From contig NMRA01000249.1 in assembly GCA_002633005.1 (NCBI GenBank), positions 333,762 to 397,761 of the forward strand: a DNA stretch of 64,000 bases. The letters are read 5' to 3'. The position numbers and the translations under genes are program-made. Within the stretch, counting starts at the first letter, position 1; every line of letters starts with the position of its first letter. Source of the DNA: Phoronis australis. Lineage: Eukaryota; Animalia; Phoronida. Of the stretch, positions 1-13,820 are shown in pieces. Under the pieces are notes generated by a model. The model saw only the letters and a list, made by a program, of their open reading frames with translations. It was not told the DNA's origin and did not search any database.

Positions 1-69
1 GTTTACACACGCTGGCGGTGCCGTTTTTGTTTTGCTGGAGACGCTTTTGTTTTTTTTTAATTTTTGGGT

Positions 70-125
70 CCTGGCCCGAGGGGGGTTTAAACCCCCTGAA
101 CCCCCCCCCCGTAGATCCGCCACTG
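70..125. mobile_element. Right end of a GC-rich MITE (..GATCCGCCACTG family)
   Basis: gggggtttaaaccccctgaacccccccccgtagatccgccactg; same terminus as 49112-49265. Confidence 0.55.
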
Positions 126-559
126 CTTTGTAACGCCTTGGAATGCCCACACGTGCCGATGTTTTGAGAAGCCAGCAATTAATAAAGCACTGCGTTACCG
201 GCTTTTGATGCCGGCAACAAAGGGATCGAGGCAGTGTGAGAGCATGCTAATTCAGTGCTTGCTGACAGAAAGATGTGGTTGTAAAATAATTACTCGATTT
301 TATATGCTATGGTCACATGTTATGGGAATCTTCATTTAGAAATACAAATACATTATTCAAATCATTGTTACTGTACATACTTTGCCCTGACGGTCTGTGG
401 AAGGGGAACCCGATTTTGCGGCCCCCGACTACTAAGTAGATTTTTAGTTTCGTGGCTAATTCACATATTTGATTACGTGCATATTAATACTTTGGCTCAC
501 TATTATAGTCTTTTCGTGACTGGAGGCTTAGTTTCCACCTCAATCTGGTTTATGTTCGT

Positions 560-673
560 GTCAGTCCCGGCGGCCGCGACGGGCCTGATCGGGTTCCGAG
601 CCACTGGCCGTGATAATCGAGTCAGTCCGGCCGCGACGGGCCTGATCGGGTTCCGAGCCACTGGCCGGGATAA
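560..673. repeat. Two-unit GC-rich tandem repeat (~57-61 bp)
   Basis: gtcagtc..ggccgcgacgggcctgatcgggttccgagccactggccg.gataa occurs twice. Confidence 0.9.
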
Positions 674-881
674 CAAGCGTTTTGTGTTGTTAGAACTCAA
701 AAAATCACAAGTACAAACAACACATATCTAGATTCTTCGGTCTGTATTTCACAGAAGAATACTTCGAATTTATCTCCTTATCTCCGAATAGACACCAAAC
801 TCCTGCTACAGACATCGGTAAATTGGCCTTCGCGAACTTTTTAGGCTACGGTGTGTCCAAATACCAGTAAATCCGTAACAT

Positions 882-1178
882 CGAAATAAAACAACACGTT
901 TTTATATGAACCCGGTATATTTTTAAGGATATTACATCGAAGTTTGATGATTCAGTGGTGTTAAAAGATGAATTCAAGCAATAAGCTGACACCACTAACC
1001 CGTGTTGTGAACTGCTGAACAGACTGCGTGTGAAACCAATTACGTCATTGAATAATATCAACACTTCCGTCTGCCGCCAGATGTCAGGTAACGCAACCGA
1101 GCCTGCCGTTAACGAGTAGAACTACTTGATCTAAAGTGATACAAAATAGGTTGTTTTTTGGGTGTCATTCTCCTTTAA
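882..1178 (+). mobile_element. Right-end fragment of a Kolobok-like element, homologous to 45352-45628
   Basis: Aligns with 45352-45628 (ccgtgttgtgaactgctgaaca..ctgcgtgtgaaaccaat..gagtagaactact); ends in cattctcct|TTAA. Confidence 0.6.
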
Positions 1179-1466
1179 ACCATTTGTGCGGCAACTTCTT
1201 GGAGCCACGAGACCATTCCCACTCTTCCCTTCATGAGAAGGGGCGGTGTTTAGACGGGAAGAAATCCACACCAAACTTTCTTCTTTGAATGAGACACACT
1301 TTCTGTGCCGTAGGCTAAACAGCCAAGTCATTGTCAAATCCATATTTGATCAACAGAATGTTTCATTCTGTTACATTTTCCGAAGCGTTCATGTAGTGCA
1401 GATATTAGAACTCCGTCACAAAATTTTAATTAACAAGTCTCTACATTATTTTCATGGCCAACTACA

Positions 1467-1610
1467 CATGAGTGGCGCAGCACTGAAAAAAAGTGGGTGA
1501 TTAGAGCCCTCGCACCCTCGGTGGTGCACCTCCCATAGAGCATGAGAGGTGCAGCAGTGAAAAAAAGAGGCGGGCTATAACCTCCGGCCCCTTACGGTGG
1601 GCCGCCCATG
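1467..1610. mobile_element. ~143-bp MITE family M1, copy 1 (hAT5-like)
   Basis: TIR CATG(G)GCGGCGCA../..GCCGCCCATG; 5-bp TSD CTACA. Confidence 0.85.
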
Positions 1611-2395
1611 CTACAGAATACTTTGCTGTCAATGTTTAAAACAACGAACAACCCGTATCTGCTCACATCTTTGAACTTCCTTTTTTCTTTTATACTATCA
1701 AAACCTTAATTCTTGTTCTTAGTGCCGTCAAACTATTATTTTCTATTAAAATAAAAAAAAATTAAAACCAGTATTCATTGAAAAATAATATTTGAGATAA
1801 AATGTTTCATCTTCAACTGGCGATTGTGAAGACAATTACGCGAAAATGCCAAGAAATGAAGTCGGGTTGTCAGGAATGGGTGATTTATCCCACACCTAAT
1901 ATGGTATTACGCGAAGGTTTTTCTTTACACCAACGCCGTTTTTAATGACAATTCGTACCACTTTTTCAAAGTCAGATTTCAAATTTTGGAAAAATTCGTG
2001 TTTTACACATTCCAGCTTCAATGATACTCAGTCAAATTTAGTGCTGCCAACAAAAAGTCGAGATGAAAAACAAAACCAATCCGAAGCTAAGCGAAATCAA
2101 TTTTGAAAGACTGCACTGGCTTCAACCAACGGAGGGTATTTTTTATTTTTTTTACAAAATGACAACATTTTAAAAAAGATATGGTTTAGTTATGCATATT
2201 TAAGTACAAATTGATGTGCAAATTATTGATTTAATTGGTGAAAGTGACTCCCCCAACATTTCGTGATTGTGCGTGTTTTCTCAAATAATACAATGTACCT
2301 CTTAACACTTACGCTAAGGCACTTCAAAGTGCGCGATTTTACTCGCTATTGTGGATAAATTAACTCTGTGTTTGACCAATACAGTTGCTTTTCAG

Positions 2396-2661
2396 AATGA
2401 AGATGACCTATTCTAATGACGTCGACAATTTCAAGCACAACGAGGTCTTTGTCCAGAAATACTTGTTTGATATTGCTCCAAACGACACACTGGAGAACAC
2501 TCAGAACGTTTCCTTCTCAACGCACATCAGCGAAAAGGGCGGTTTTAATGGCCAAATGCAATGCAGTGCTCACCTGAGCTTTGTGGACACCGCTGGACGT
2601 CAGCAGGACAAATCACTGACGTTGAGAAACGTTCCGCGAGTGTACGCATACTCGGTGTCGG
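2396..2661 (+). CDS. Gene A (SP-X-TSP1-TLDc paralog), internal exon encoding the second part of the unrecognised N-terminal domain; upstream exons lie before the window
   Basis: ttttcag acceptor and G|gtgagt donor; 266 nt, the same length and phases (2/1) as paralog exon 28777-29042; about 78% aa identity by eye (MKMTYSNDVDNFKHNEVFVQKYLF...RNVPRVYAYSVS). Confidence 0.85.
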
Positions 2662-4428
2662 GTGAGTACTGAAAACTTAGACCTCAAGAAAGGGGTACCG
2701 GAAGCTTTACATTGTCATATCCCAATTAAGGTTTCAGTCTAATCTGTGTTTCATTGTAGTGTGGACTACTGTCATAACAACTGCATACGTTTCCAATTTT
2801 GGATTACGACTAGTGCCCGGTTTCGAAATTCATTTCACAGTGTTTTCAACATGACCAATGCAGGGCGTTGCTTTACCGCCTGGTCTCGTTCCCCAATGAT
2901 TTTGCATTTACAGTAACTTCCAATGAATTTTCCTAGTGTCACAAGTATCGTATGGTTTTAATAATAATATTTTGGGAGAAATTGTATGTAGGAACAAGAT
3001 ATTGAAAGCAAAAACAACGATACGGCCCGGCATGGAGGGCGTTGCCATTATAGAAAAATGTCATCTTTACGCGAAATATTCAAATTGACTAGAACAGAAT
3101 GCTCAATTCTAGTAACATCACAGACCACCTGTCAACACTACATGTACAACTTCATGTTGTATAACGATTTTACGTACATGTATGGCTTTCACATTATTGG
3201 GGACAAATAAAACAACAAGAATAATATATATTTTACTGTAAGTTGTATTGGGAATTTCAGGGTCACAGCTCTACAAGTAAATATTTCACAGAAATAACCA
3301 CATAGGTTCCTTAGTTACAAGAGATAACACACACATTTCCGATACCCAAAGTGTAATTGAGTATCGGATACTAAGTGGCACATTATCATGGGATCTAGGC
3401 ACCACCTTTGACCTATGTCAAACGCTTTGTTTTGAATGAGGCTCAGCAATTATTTCTTCTTGAAACCATTTTAAATCCAATGATAGTACAAAAACATTCG
3501 TATAAAAGTGCAGAGAACGCAATATTTTGGATATTTTTTGGAAAATTCGATTCGAGAGTTTTTTTTTTAATTTGTTTGCACAGCCGAGATCTATCTATCT
3601 CCAGGATATTCTACATGTAACTGTATAGCAATTGGGTTTAATTTTGCTTATTTTGCTATTGCATCCGACTTGTTATGTTTAAACTGTTTGTTCACCAGAG
3701 TCCATTGCATGCAGTAAAGCACGCTTAGCGCTAGTCGCCGTAAATGTTCTTGTTATTCAATGAGTACAGTACTGTGACTAGTCCGTAATTATAGGTAAGC
3801 GATTGAAACCACTTGTGTGTGTATGCGGCATTGATGATTTGAACCATTTATTCCAATAAAACAGACAGCGACGGCATGCCCTCTCCTTTCACGAGTGCCT
3901 GTCTCGATCCGCACCGGGTCATTGGCTGCAAGACGGATTCAGGCAAATTCTTTCAAAAATTATTTGCCACATTTTGTCAACAAATTCAATAATTTTGGTT
4001 TTATTAGAGTTACTGTTGTCGGTTATTTCATCCCCGTTTGCAGGCTGTTAATAGACACTGTTCCAGTCGCACAGAGGGCGTTTTTGAACTATACTTCCAC
4101 TTCTGCGTTTAGTTCAAAATGGCGGTGTGTTTTTCGTGTCAGAATCATGAGTGGCGTGTTTATTTAAACTCTCTTCAACTACGAATTGTGCATTGTTTAT
4201 GGGATAGGTACTTCTTGGGCCCTTACAACTTAATATAAATATTTAATAAGGGTTAAAACGTGTGCTACTAGGAATTGAAGGTCGATCCATAGGTAACCCC
4301 AAAGTGTGCGCAGTCAGCTCAATAGGGGAAACAAGTACAGTTAAGACACTGCAAAACGCTGTGGGGAAACCAATATACTGTAATCATCTCATGAAGTTTG
4401 ACTAATTCGTAGACCATGTTTATTCTAG

Positions 4429-4593
4429 TGGACGGAGCTTGGACTGAGTGGAGCTTGGAACAGTCTTGCGTCGTATCTTGCGGTGAGAATACTACTTTCA
4501 GAACAAGGAATTGTACTAATCCTGCACCTGTGGGGAATGGTGCGGACTGTCCTGGAGACGAGCTTGACGGCTGTTCCACCGAAGAATGCATAG
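4429..4593 (+). CDS. Gene A thrombospondin type-1 (TSP1) exon
   Basis: VDGAWTEWS..SCVVSCGE....RTRNCTNPAPVGNGADCPG...C....C matches the TSP1 pattern (WxxWS, CxxSCG, RxRxC); phase 1-1 exon, tattctag acceptor, G|gtacat donor. Confidence 0.92.
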   Translation, partial: WTELGLSGAWNSLASYLAVRILLSEQGIVLILHLWGMVRTVLETSLTAVPPKNA

Positions 4594-7500
4594 GTACATG
4601 TAATGCAGGCAATTCCTAGTGTACATTATCAGTATAATATATGAAACAGTAATCAGGTGTGCGTCATTCAAAATGGAGTAGTTTCGCGTTTTTTTTAAGA
4701 TACATACACTAGAAGTTGCAAGCAGGCGCACCGTATTTCTGCGTATCTTTTCATTTTTGCTTATCGAACATTTATTGATGCATTTTAGGGAAAAGAAGAT
4801 TATTAAAGGGTTGATGAAAATAAAATTAAATTAATTCAATAGGCAGGTGATATAATATAGTTTTTGTTCTAGTAGATGGTTTAGACAAATCCCTTAAGCA
4901 AGCCTTGGAGTACCAATTTTCTAACTTCTCTGGTCTGAAACCCAATACAGAAAAACATGTTTCTCACCGATAGCGATTTGTAGGTTTAATCAGAATAAAT
5001 GACCAGCTTCTGGTCAAGCAGTTTTAATTCGTGATTTGCAAAAGTATTTGAACGAGAGCCTTTTCATCCTGTGCGAACAATGAGGATTCTTTAAAGAAGC
5101 GGGTTTACACAGATTGCTCCGCTTGTGTTGGTGTCGTTTGTCATCTCTTGTCAGTGATGATCGCAGATCGCGTGACACGTACATGTATACACCCCGGCCA
5201 ACCCGCGATCGAGAACGCCCGGAAGGCGATTGAGAACGAAATTTGGGGCGAAAAGCGAAGCCAGGCAAGGTGAGTAAATTTGATGAATTTTCGTTGTTTT
5301 TACTTCCAATGTGAAAACAAAGACATGAGTTCAANCGTGTGTGTTTATGCGATCGGGAACGCATCGTGGTGTGTCGAACAATAATGAGCTTTTTACTTAT
5401 AAAACGTGAAAAAGATTACAGAGTAAGTGTGGTGCAATTAATTAATCACATTTTGCGTCATTACTGTGTTACTTTCGTATCAAAACTGAACAACAGCATA
5501 GCATATTTCTATCATTAAATTGCCATGAGCACTACATGTACATCAAGCATAATTTTAGTTTCACAAACGAATTCATTTCATTTCAGAAAACAAGTTCACT
5601 GTTAGTGTGAGGCGAACTTCAACGAACATGTTACCCACGACGTGAAGGTACACCCTACCAGGGTTTTAAATACAGACATATACACTGTACTTTAGTTTAG
5701 ACGAAACCACTGAGAACAAGGGGATCTAAACTCAAAGACTCACCCAGAAGTTGTTCCATGTGGCCTGTGAGCCAGGGTTAAACAATTTATTGCAGCAGAT
5801 GAACGCGAGTGTAGAATCTTCGTGTAAAATTGTGACAGCATATGGAAAAAAGCAAATAGTCAGTGAAGTCAAATAATGATGATAAGCTTGCCCATTGGGA
5901 GAGAGGGGAGAGCGGCAACACTTAACGAGATGATTCAAAGATTCCCACTCATAAACATCTGGGATCTAAAAAAATGGTCAGAAGTTGTGTAAACTGGTGT
6001 GCTGATAAAACGGGTGGGGTTTTACGTGATGTTTTACTGATAAAATCTATACGGAGATGAACAGATTGACTTGTGGCACCCGTGTGGCTTGAATAAACGT
6101 TGTATTTGACTCCTCTGTTTTGGTCCTAAGTTCACCGTGCATCTTCAAATCATCATCTTCAGGTTAATGTGACATTGAAAAAGACTGAGACAGTTATAAT
6201 TCACGTAGTATATTGGGATTTTCTTAAAACATAGTCAAAATGTTGTCAAAGAAGGTATTTAGGACTGATTGATAGTATAACATGTATCAACAACAATATA
6301 AAAGCAATTTCTACAATAATCATAGATATATATTTTCTTTTAAAATACTAATTAGTCAGAACAAATTTATGTAAGTATTGCCCAATGACATGGCCATTTA
6401 AATCTACCTAAACACTACAAAAATGTACTGGTTCTGTTAGAGATCCTTTTGAAATAACGCAAATATAGAAAGAAACTTTAGGAAAACAGGTTCAAACCAA
6501 AACGTCAAAATACTATCACATCAGACAACTACCAACCATAAACTTTGTAAATTTGAATGAATTATAGTGACTTAATAACCTTCAGCACTGGACTTAATGA
6601 TTTCATTCATGATGTTTCTGCTTGCTATGCGTCTAGAGGGAGGCATACATGTACTGTTTGCATGGCATTCCACATTCACCAAAAAAAGGAGTTACCTCTT
6701 TCTGGCTCACCCTTTCCGTGAAACATTGATCACAGATAAGACATTGAATCTACTTAATTCCTGAGCACGATGCTCCATGTTGTGTTTTACTATATTGGTA
6801 AAAAACTTAACGCATGCAACGCGTCAATCACAGGGCTGGTAAAGGTCTTGCTTATTGTACTGTCACTGTGTTTTATTGCCATGTGGACATACATGTACTA
6901 AGTCTATTTAATAGTTCCTGAACGAAGCTCCACAACAAACACACACACTCCTTTGTGACATGCAGCAGTTGTACCTTTCTTCTTTGAAGGCGTGGACGTT
7001 AACACACTGAAGGACTGGTCGTGTGGCTACAGTTCAACTGAAAAAAAATCAATCGTATTCTGTTATGTTTGTTAGGCTAAATCTCACTTAGAAATGATGA
7101 AAAAACAATTAAATGTAATTAAAAACGTACACATCAACTCATTCAGGCTCCGTATTACTCTAAAATTCTTGACATAATACTGTAACTTAACGACTATTCT
7201 GTCCAATGCAGAGAAAAAAAATGCGCGTTCACGATCGCGTTTTTGCGTTCACGATAGCCATAGAGAATTAACGACTTCGTTCCAGATAGTCGTCTCACGC
7301 AAGGACCTGCTTGTATTGATAAATATCTCAAATTGTTTCACAAATCATAAATAACAAAGGTGTCACAAGGTACTATTAAATTATAAATGTCACACGCCTC
7401 TAATTCTTAAGAACCCTGGAATTGTTAATAACAAGTAGACATTGTCGATTTTACGAGGGGCAAGGCATTTTACCGAAAGCCATTGTATTCTGAGCTCTTT

Positions 7501-8530
7501 ATTTTAAAAAATAAGCAAAAGCCAAGTATTATTTCAGATCCACAACAAAGGTTACACTCTGACGCTTTTCTGCTTTTCTGTGTGTAGCATTCGTAGCAAA
7601 ATGGCCTCTATTTAAGTAGAAAATGACACTTAAACTCACCGGGTACGTCATTGCATGTCGTCTGCCAATTTTGGTGCAAGGTCTCGTTTTCGATCGCCTT
7701 CCGCGTTCTCGATCGTGGGTTGGCCGGGGTGGTATACGTGCACGCAAAATTTTTATGAATGATTTTTTTAGCCTGCGTGACACGGCAGTCAAGTTGTATT
7801 TTACAGCAGCTACAGGCTTGGGGTGTACTAGTATATCTGCTATTTTCGGTGTTTTCGTTAGAATTTGAGCTAAATGTATTTCTAAGTTGAAGCTTTCTTA
7901 CATTTCTTGGTCGAATAATACATGTGCGGGACACCCAGAATTTGTGGATGATGCACGTTCAGACGCTTCTTAAAAATGCTCCTTGAGCGCGGTTTTTATC
8001 ATTTGTAGGTAGAAAGTATTCCGAAATTTATCGTAAAATTGACAAAAAGGCAGTGTTTACAAAAGTTGCAGTTTTGATTTGGACTTTTGATTGTTTTGAG
8101 AACGACTTTAAACATTGACTCACATAAAGAACATCAACTGTGTAGTGCAATAGGTGAGCAAAGGAGGCAGGCATTTGTAATGCATATTGTTTTCCTAATT
8201 TCAAACATATTGGGGCAAGTTCGAGACTTTTTGTGATGCAAAATTTCTTGGTGTATTAAGAAACATTGTCAACGATATCTTTATTTAATTTTTGTTTAGA
8301 TTTCAGAACTCTTATCATAGTAATGGCATGTGAAAATTTTGCGCATGGAGCTGAACCCAAAGTTATGTTATACATGTAACCATGTTTCTACCAAATGTAG
8401 GAGGGAATTTTGGAGAAAGATGGCATCCCGTATTCAACGCGCGTTGCATGAGGAAAAGCATTTCTTCCATATCAAACCTCACAATACGACCCGTATTTCA
8501 TGGCCATACTATCACGGGTATAGGATAGAG

Positions 8531-8694
8531 ATAGATTATTACATGGCGAAGTCGTTATCTCCCGTATTCTAGAGCCCGATTGAATTTTGTAGAATTATCG
8601 CCCGAAGGGCGTTTGCCCCGAGGGCGATAATACTACAAAATCCACCAGGGCTCTAAATAAGGGGGGTGACGACTGAGAACATGCAATAATCTAT
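8531..8694. repeat. ~165-bp imperfect palindrome, probably the core of a non-autonomous DNA element
   Basis: atagattatt.catg...agagccc...ttttgtag.attatcgccc / gggcgataat.ctacaaaa...gggctcta...catg.aataatctat. Confidence 0.75.
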
Positions 8695-9599
8695 ATATAC
8701 CACATGCTGAACGAACAAGAATCATTGCAATGAATCGATCTACCTTTCTCGAGTCGCCTCGGCTTTGTAACTACTTTCTATGTCAGAGGCCCGGGGTCGG
8801 ACTGGGGTCGTGACCTTGTAAGAAAAGCAAAGCTATTTGTGTCAAATAATGCTTTTACTTAAAACCAATTGAAAATTTAAACAAAAAATAAAGTGAATCT
8901 ATAATTTAATGTTTAACAACTATTATAGCTTACTACACATTTTATCACGCTAAGTTTCGACCAGGAAATATCGTCTGCTAAAGTATAATGCTCGAGCCAA
9001 AGGATTCCGACGACACGATACCCGCATTCAAATCGGAGATCGGTAATTTACAAATGAGAAAACATGGGAGAAAAATTTCACTGAGTTAACTAAATTGGTT
9101 GTTAAACGGTTGTATTGACCTTTCGAGGCTAAAATTGTGGTATAAACGTGTTTATAGCCCACTAAAATGAATTGAGTAAAAAACATTGTCACTATGTAAG
9201 AGTTACCGAGGTTCAAAAAAAGCAAATTTCGTCAAACCCAGATAACCTCAGGTGAAATTTCGTTCGTTTTTGTGCACTGGGATTTTTATTGGTTCCACAA
9301 CTGGGTCACGTCATGTTTACCTGTACTCTGAGGATGGTTGTAGTTAATAAAGCGAATCGACAAGTTGTTTAAAATTGAATTTCTTTGTTGTAGTGGTTAT
9401 TTAAAAAAATACACAAATTGTGGTCAACAACTGAAGTTTTTCAAGTATCTTCATATAAGGTTCTGTGATACTTTGCCTCGAAATCAGCGAAAGCTTCACT
9501 AGTAGAATTCGAAATTCAACAGCATATAGCGAGGTACATTTTCATGTACGTGTAGTAATTCCGGTATTTTCAGGTTTACCATGTTTATAATAATTGCAG

Positions 9600-10096
9600 C
9601 TCCGCCAAGTCTGATAAAGAAGGATGTGTTGAAGTTACTGGATGTCCGCCTTCCTGGTAAAAAATTTAAGCGACTGTACCGATCAACAGAAGACGGCACA
9701 TCTGGGACAAGTTTTCACGATAAATGCGACTTCAAAGAACCTACTTTAACCATTGGCGAGGATAACTCTACGGGTTTCTATTACGGGGGCTATACCACGA
9801 AGTCCTGGGAATCAAAAATACATCTAAATGTATATGGCCACAAAGACCCCGAAGCTTTTATTTTTAAAATACCTTGTTCATTGACGGGAGCATGTACAAA
9901 TATTGAAATATTCAATGCACTCCCAAACTCGACAACAACTATGCTTTCATCTTATGTCCTACCGAATTTCGGCCCGGAACTTGACTTCAACAATCGTAAT
10001 CATGGGTGCCTGCAAGGCCAATCATTCTTATCTACAAAAGATAAAATGAATTGTTCTGGAGAGTGGAAAATTATTGAAACCTACAGCGTCATTTAA
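9600..10096 (+). CDS. Gene A terminal exon, TLDc domain
   Basis: ttgcag acceptor in phase 1, matching the TSP1 donor; motifs LYRSTEDG...FHDKCD...TLTI...YYGGYT..W...D.EAFIF...P.FG...IETY are typical of TLDc; ends at TAA. Confidence 0.88.
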
Positions 10097-13078
10097 AACC
10101 AGCGAGACGTTTGGTAATTGACGAAGTTTTGTAAATGTACTTCTTATACTTTAGGGCACTCTTTTTGGAAATTACGTTGCAGTTTAGGCACCAGAATGAG
10201 TGCTAAGCTGCATTTCGTATACCCAAGACCTTAGTAGGACAAGGCGTCAATAGATATTTCCACGTGAACGCACTTGTTTAACTCGCGAAATTCTTCCGCT
10301 GCGGAACGCAGTACCGCAGTATACCCTGTCTACAATACCAACAATTAACTTAAGTGCGTTGTTGTTAAATCTCCTCGCTGGCTTTCTCGCGTATTTTAAA
10401 TAAAAAATTCATGGTTTTGGTTTTGGTTTTCACCCTACGAGACAGCTCGGAAATCTATATGCACCTATATGTGCTTGGGTATAGTCGGGTTTTCCTCTCT
10501 TAATTCGTAGCTTTTTTCCATTATTAAGTCGAGTCAGAATAATTAATCGTGTAATGGTATCAATGTTTTAGACAATCGCGGGGACATGAGTTAAACTGCT
10601 GCATGTCGAGATACGCCTCTTCGTAAGAATATGTTCTATTTCTGGGTGAACAAATTCACATTGAACAAAACAAATTCAAAATGATTTATTAGACAAGACA
10701 TCCGAACTGCTAAAGAGAATGATCGCGAATGGACCACGCCGATGGTAATAAACAATATGCCTCAGATTCTATTGATATTTTATCTGTGTGATTACACTGA
10801 CCCCACTGACTTCAAACCACCTTTATTTTTTCCAAAACCCCGCCTTTTGCTTTCCATAGATACTATTTGTTTCCGGCAAGTTTTGAGACTAGAGGGAGTT
10901 GAGTTTTAGAAAATTTTCAGTAGTTACGATACGCGGTGCAAGCAACTTTGAAATATTGAACCTGTGTTACTGATCAGGCATGACTTTCGACTAAATTTTC
11001 CATACAAATTTGAAAGATTTCGATAATTATTTGTCTGTTTTTAGAGCCGCATAAGAAGACTTTACTGATATTTGAAACGGTCAAAACTGGCTAAATTCGT
11101 ATCCCAATATATCAGAACACTTTAGTACCAACCAATGTGTTGAGCTACCTTAGATCTACAAAATAAGACAAAACATCTTATGGTGCTAACAGATTTCATG
11201 CCATTTGAAGTCGAAAGTGNTCGTAGTTTTTTTCCATTATTAAGTCGATTCAGAATAATTAACGGTGTAATGGTACCACTGTTTTGATAATCGCGGGGAG
11301 ATGAGTTAAACTGCTGCATGTCGAGATACGCCTCTTCGTAAGAATATGTTCTATTTCTGGGTGAACAAATTCACATTGAACAAAACAAATTCAAAATGAT
11401 TTATTAGACAAGACATCCTAACTGCTAAAGAGCATGTTCGCGAATGGACCACGCCGATGGTAATAAACAATATGCCTCAAATTCTATTGATATTTTATCT
11501 GTGTGATTACACTGACCCCACTGACTTCAGACCACCTTTATTTTTTCCAAAACCCCGCCTTTTCCTTTCCATAGATACTATTTGTTTCCGGCAAGTTTTG
11601 AGACTAGAGGGAGTTGAGTTTTAGAAAATTTTCAGTAGTTACGATACGCGGTGCAAGCAACTTTGAAATATTGAACCTGTGTTACTGATCAGGCATGACT
11701 TCCGACTAAATTTTCCATACAAATTTGAAAGATTTCGATAATTATTTGTCTGTTTTTAGAGCCGCATAAGAAGACTTTACTGATATTTGAAACGGTCAAA
11801 ACTGGCTAAATTCGTATCCCAATATATCAGAACACTTTAGTACCAACCAATGTGTTGAGCTACCTTAGATCTACAAAATAAGACAAAACATCTTATGGTG
11901 CTAACAGATTTCATGCCATTTGAAGTCGAAAGTGACTGGTGGTTACGCCATTTCACCAGCGTGAGTAAGGCCAGCAAACGTCAACAAAAAGTGAACACTC
12001 GCTATTGGTTGGCCTGATAACTGCTAATCACTTTAAATTTATCGTTTATCAAGAAACGTATTTTCTAAGCACCGAGGATACACAACTTACTTCTGAAAAG
12101 TGCTCGTACATATGTAGTCATGGAATTAGGATACATGTATTTACTAGACAAGCAACAGCAGTTTTGGCAAGACTACTTTTGCGATGTTCGAAATTCAAGT
12201 CTCACTGGTTTTGTGAAGCTCAGATATTCTTATTCGCAAGGCTAAAACAACAAAACACTGCTGAAAAACCATTTTCATAATATTTTCCTTCAGAAATCAA
12301 GGTTGCCCCCTCCCCACATGCGACTTTTCAAATCTTGCAGTGTTGTATGAACGACATCGTTCATTTTGGGTTTTGTCTGTTGTTGTTAACAAAGATGCTA
12401 ACTGCGAGTTAGCTCTGGAGTGTTTCTGAACAAACGTTATTTTTGTGGAATCTTCAGGTAGTTTTGATGCAGGGCGTTGGAATCCGCAATGTCAGAGTGA
12501 AAGATTTAATGGAAATTACAGGGAAAGGCAAAACCACTGGTGACCAGATTTCCGTGGATTTTATATAGCCGTCTGTGTCCCAATAACTTCACCTTTTGGA
12601 GTGGTGTGGCTGGTTAGTGTTATCATTTTGCTATTTGTATGCAGTTTGTTGTGACTGACACAGTCAAGTGAAAAATGAGAGACTTTCAAGTAGCAGTTGG
12701 GGCTGACCATGTGGCTACCAGTGAGAGGATACTTCACCTGTGCAGTGGGTGGCACAGAGGAGCATAGTTGACTAAGTGTGTGTGACTTGATGTGAGAAGT
12801 TTAAATAAGTTAAATTACTTCCCAATTCCTCCAGAGGGCAAAGATATCCTGTTCCAGGTGATCAGCTGTTACTTGAATATATACAGTAAATGCCTCCTAT
12901 TGGAATCATGATAAGATTTTAATCCACTGCAGAGGTCACGTGAAAAAAGTGAGGATGATAAAGGTTGCTTTCAGTATAAAGTCCATAAGTACACGACAAG
13001 TATTGTATTGTAGCTCATATTCTTCCATGACTTCTCAGTAGACAATATACAGCATATCAACTTTGAAACAGTCTCCAG

Positions 13079-13820
13079 TTCAAAATATAGCTTCGTGCAC
13101 GTTAGGTTCTAATTGCCAAGTCTTTGTTGGTTTTTTTAATAGCAAGACTACTAACTTTTGTTAGGCAAAATCACAACAGAGATATCAAAATGTGGTAACT
13201 GATCTAAGTGCTAATGGACTGGCTCAAATATGACACTCCTATGTTAACTGTTCAAAATACAGGTGATCTCGCTTACATGTACCTCCTCATCCCATACTGT
13301 ACACGTAACTCCTCAATCTATATATACAATGCTGGACCACTTTAAAGTAAAAAGTGATATCTAATGCGGCTAGAATCTGATTTAACACTCATCGCCCAGT
13401 TAATTTATACAAAGTAGCATGGAAAACACAAGATATCTAAATGTATTAAAATATCTAAATGCCGGTGAATTAGCTGAAGCACGACGATCGTGATGTTAAG
13501 CATTCAAAATACAGATGACCTCGGCACCTCCTTTAACTCGTCATCACGTATAGTACTCATAACTACCAGTAGTCATTCTGCAAAAGCAATGTTGGAACAA
13601 ACTACAGACAACAATTATATTTAATGTGACTGCAATCTGATTAACACTGGTCACCAGTTAAGTGGCACAGAGTAGCATGAAAAAACGAAATATCTTAACG
13701 TGCTCTTTGAACTAAATGCCAGTGAATTGGTTCTCAAGTATGATAATCCCAAAGTGAATCTTTCAAAATACAGGGTCCCTCCCTCAACTTGTCATCACAT
13801 ACGGTATAGTACGTGTAACT
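13079..13820. repeat. Diverged tandem repeat, unit about 255 bp
   Basis: Anchor ttcaaaata(c/t)ag at 13079, 13251, 13503 and 13762; shared blocks aatctgatt.aacact, agtagcatg.aaaa, ctaaatgcc.gtgaatt. Confidence 0.7.

Noticed and set aside
560-673. Possible CRISPR-like repeats
   Set aside because: Only two adjacent units, no spacers, eukaryotic context, no cas genes
309-731. 140-aa ORF with an internal repeat
   Set aside because: The repeat is a DNA-level tandem duplication; no protein motif or splice support
9581-9599. ATG start MFIIIAA for stand-alone TLDc ORFs (also 35170)
   Set aside because: These codons are the splice-acceptor tract (ttgcag) and the phase matches the TSP1 donor; an independent short isoform is not excluded but is unsupported
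10505-11934. ~715-bp tandem duplication
   Set aside because: Near-identical copies meet exactly at a single n (11220), with a few mismatches near one end; typical of overlapping allelic contig ends
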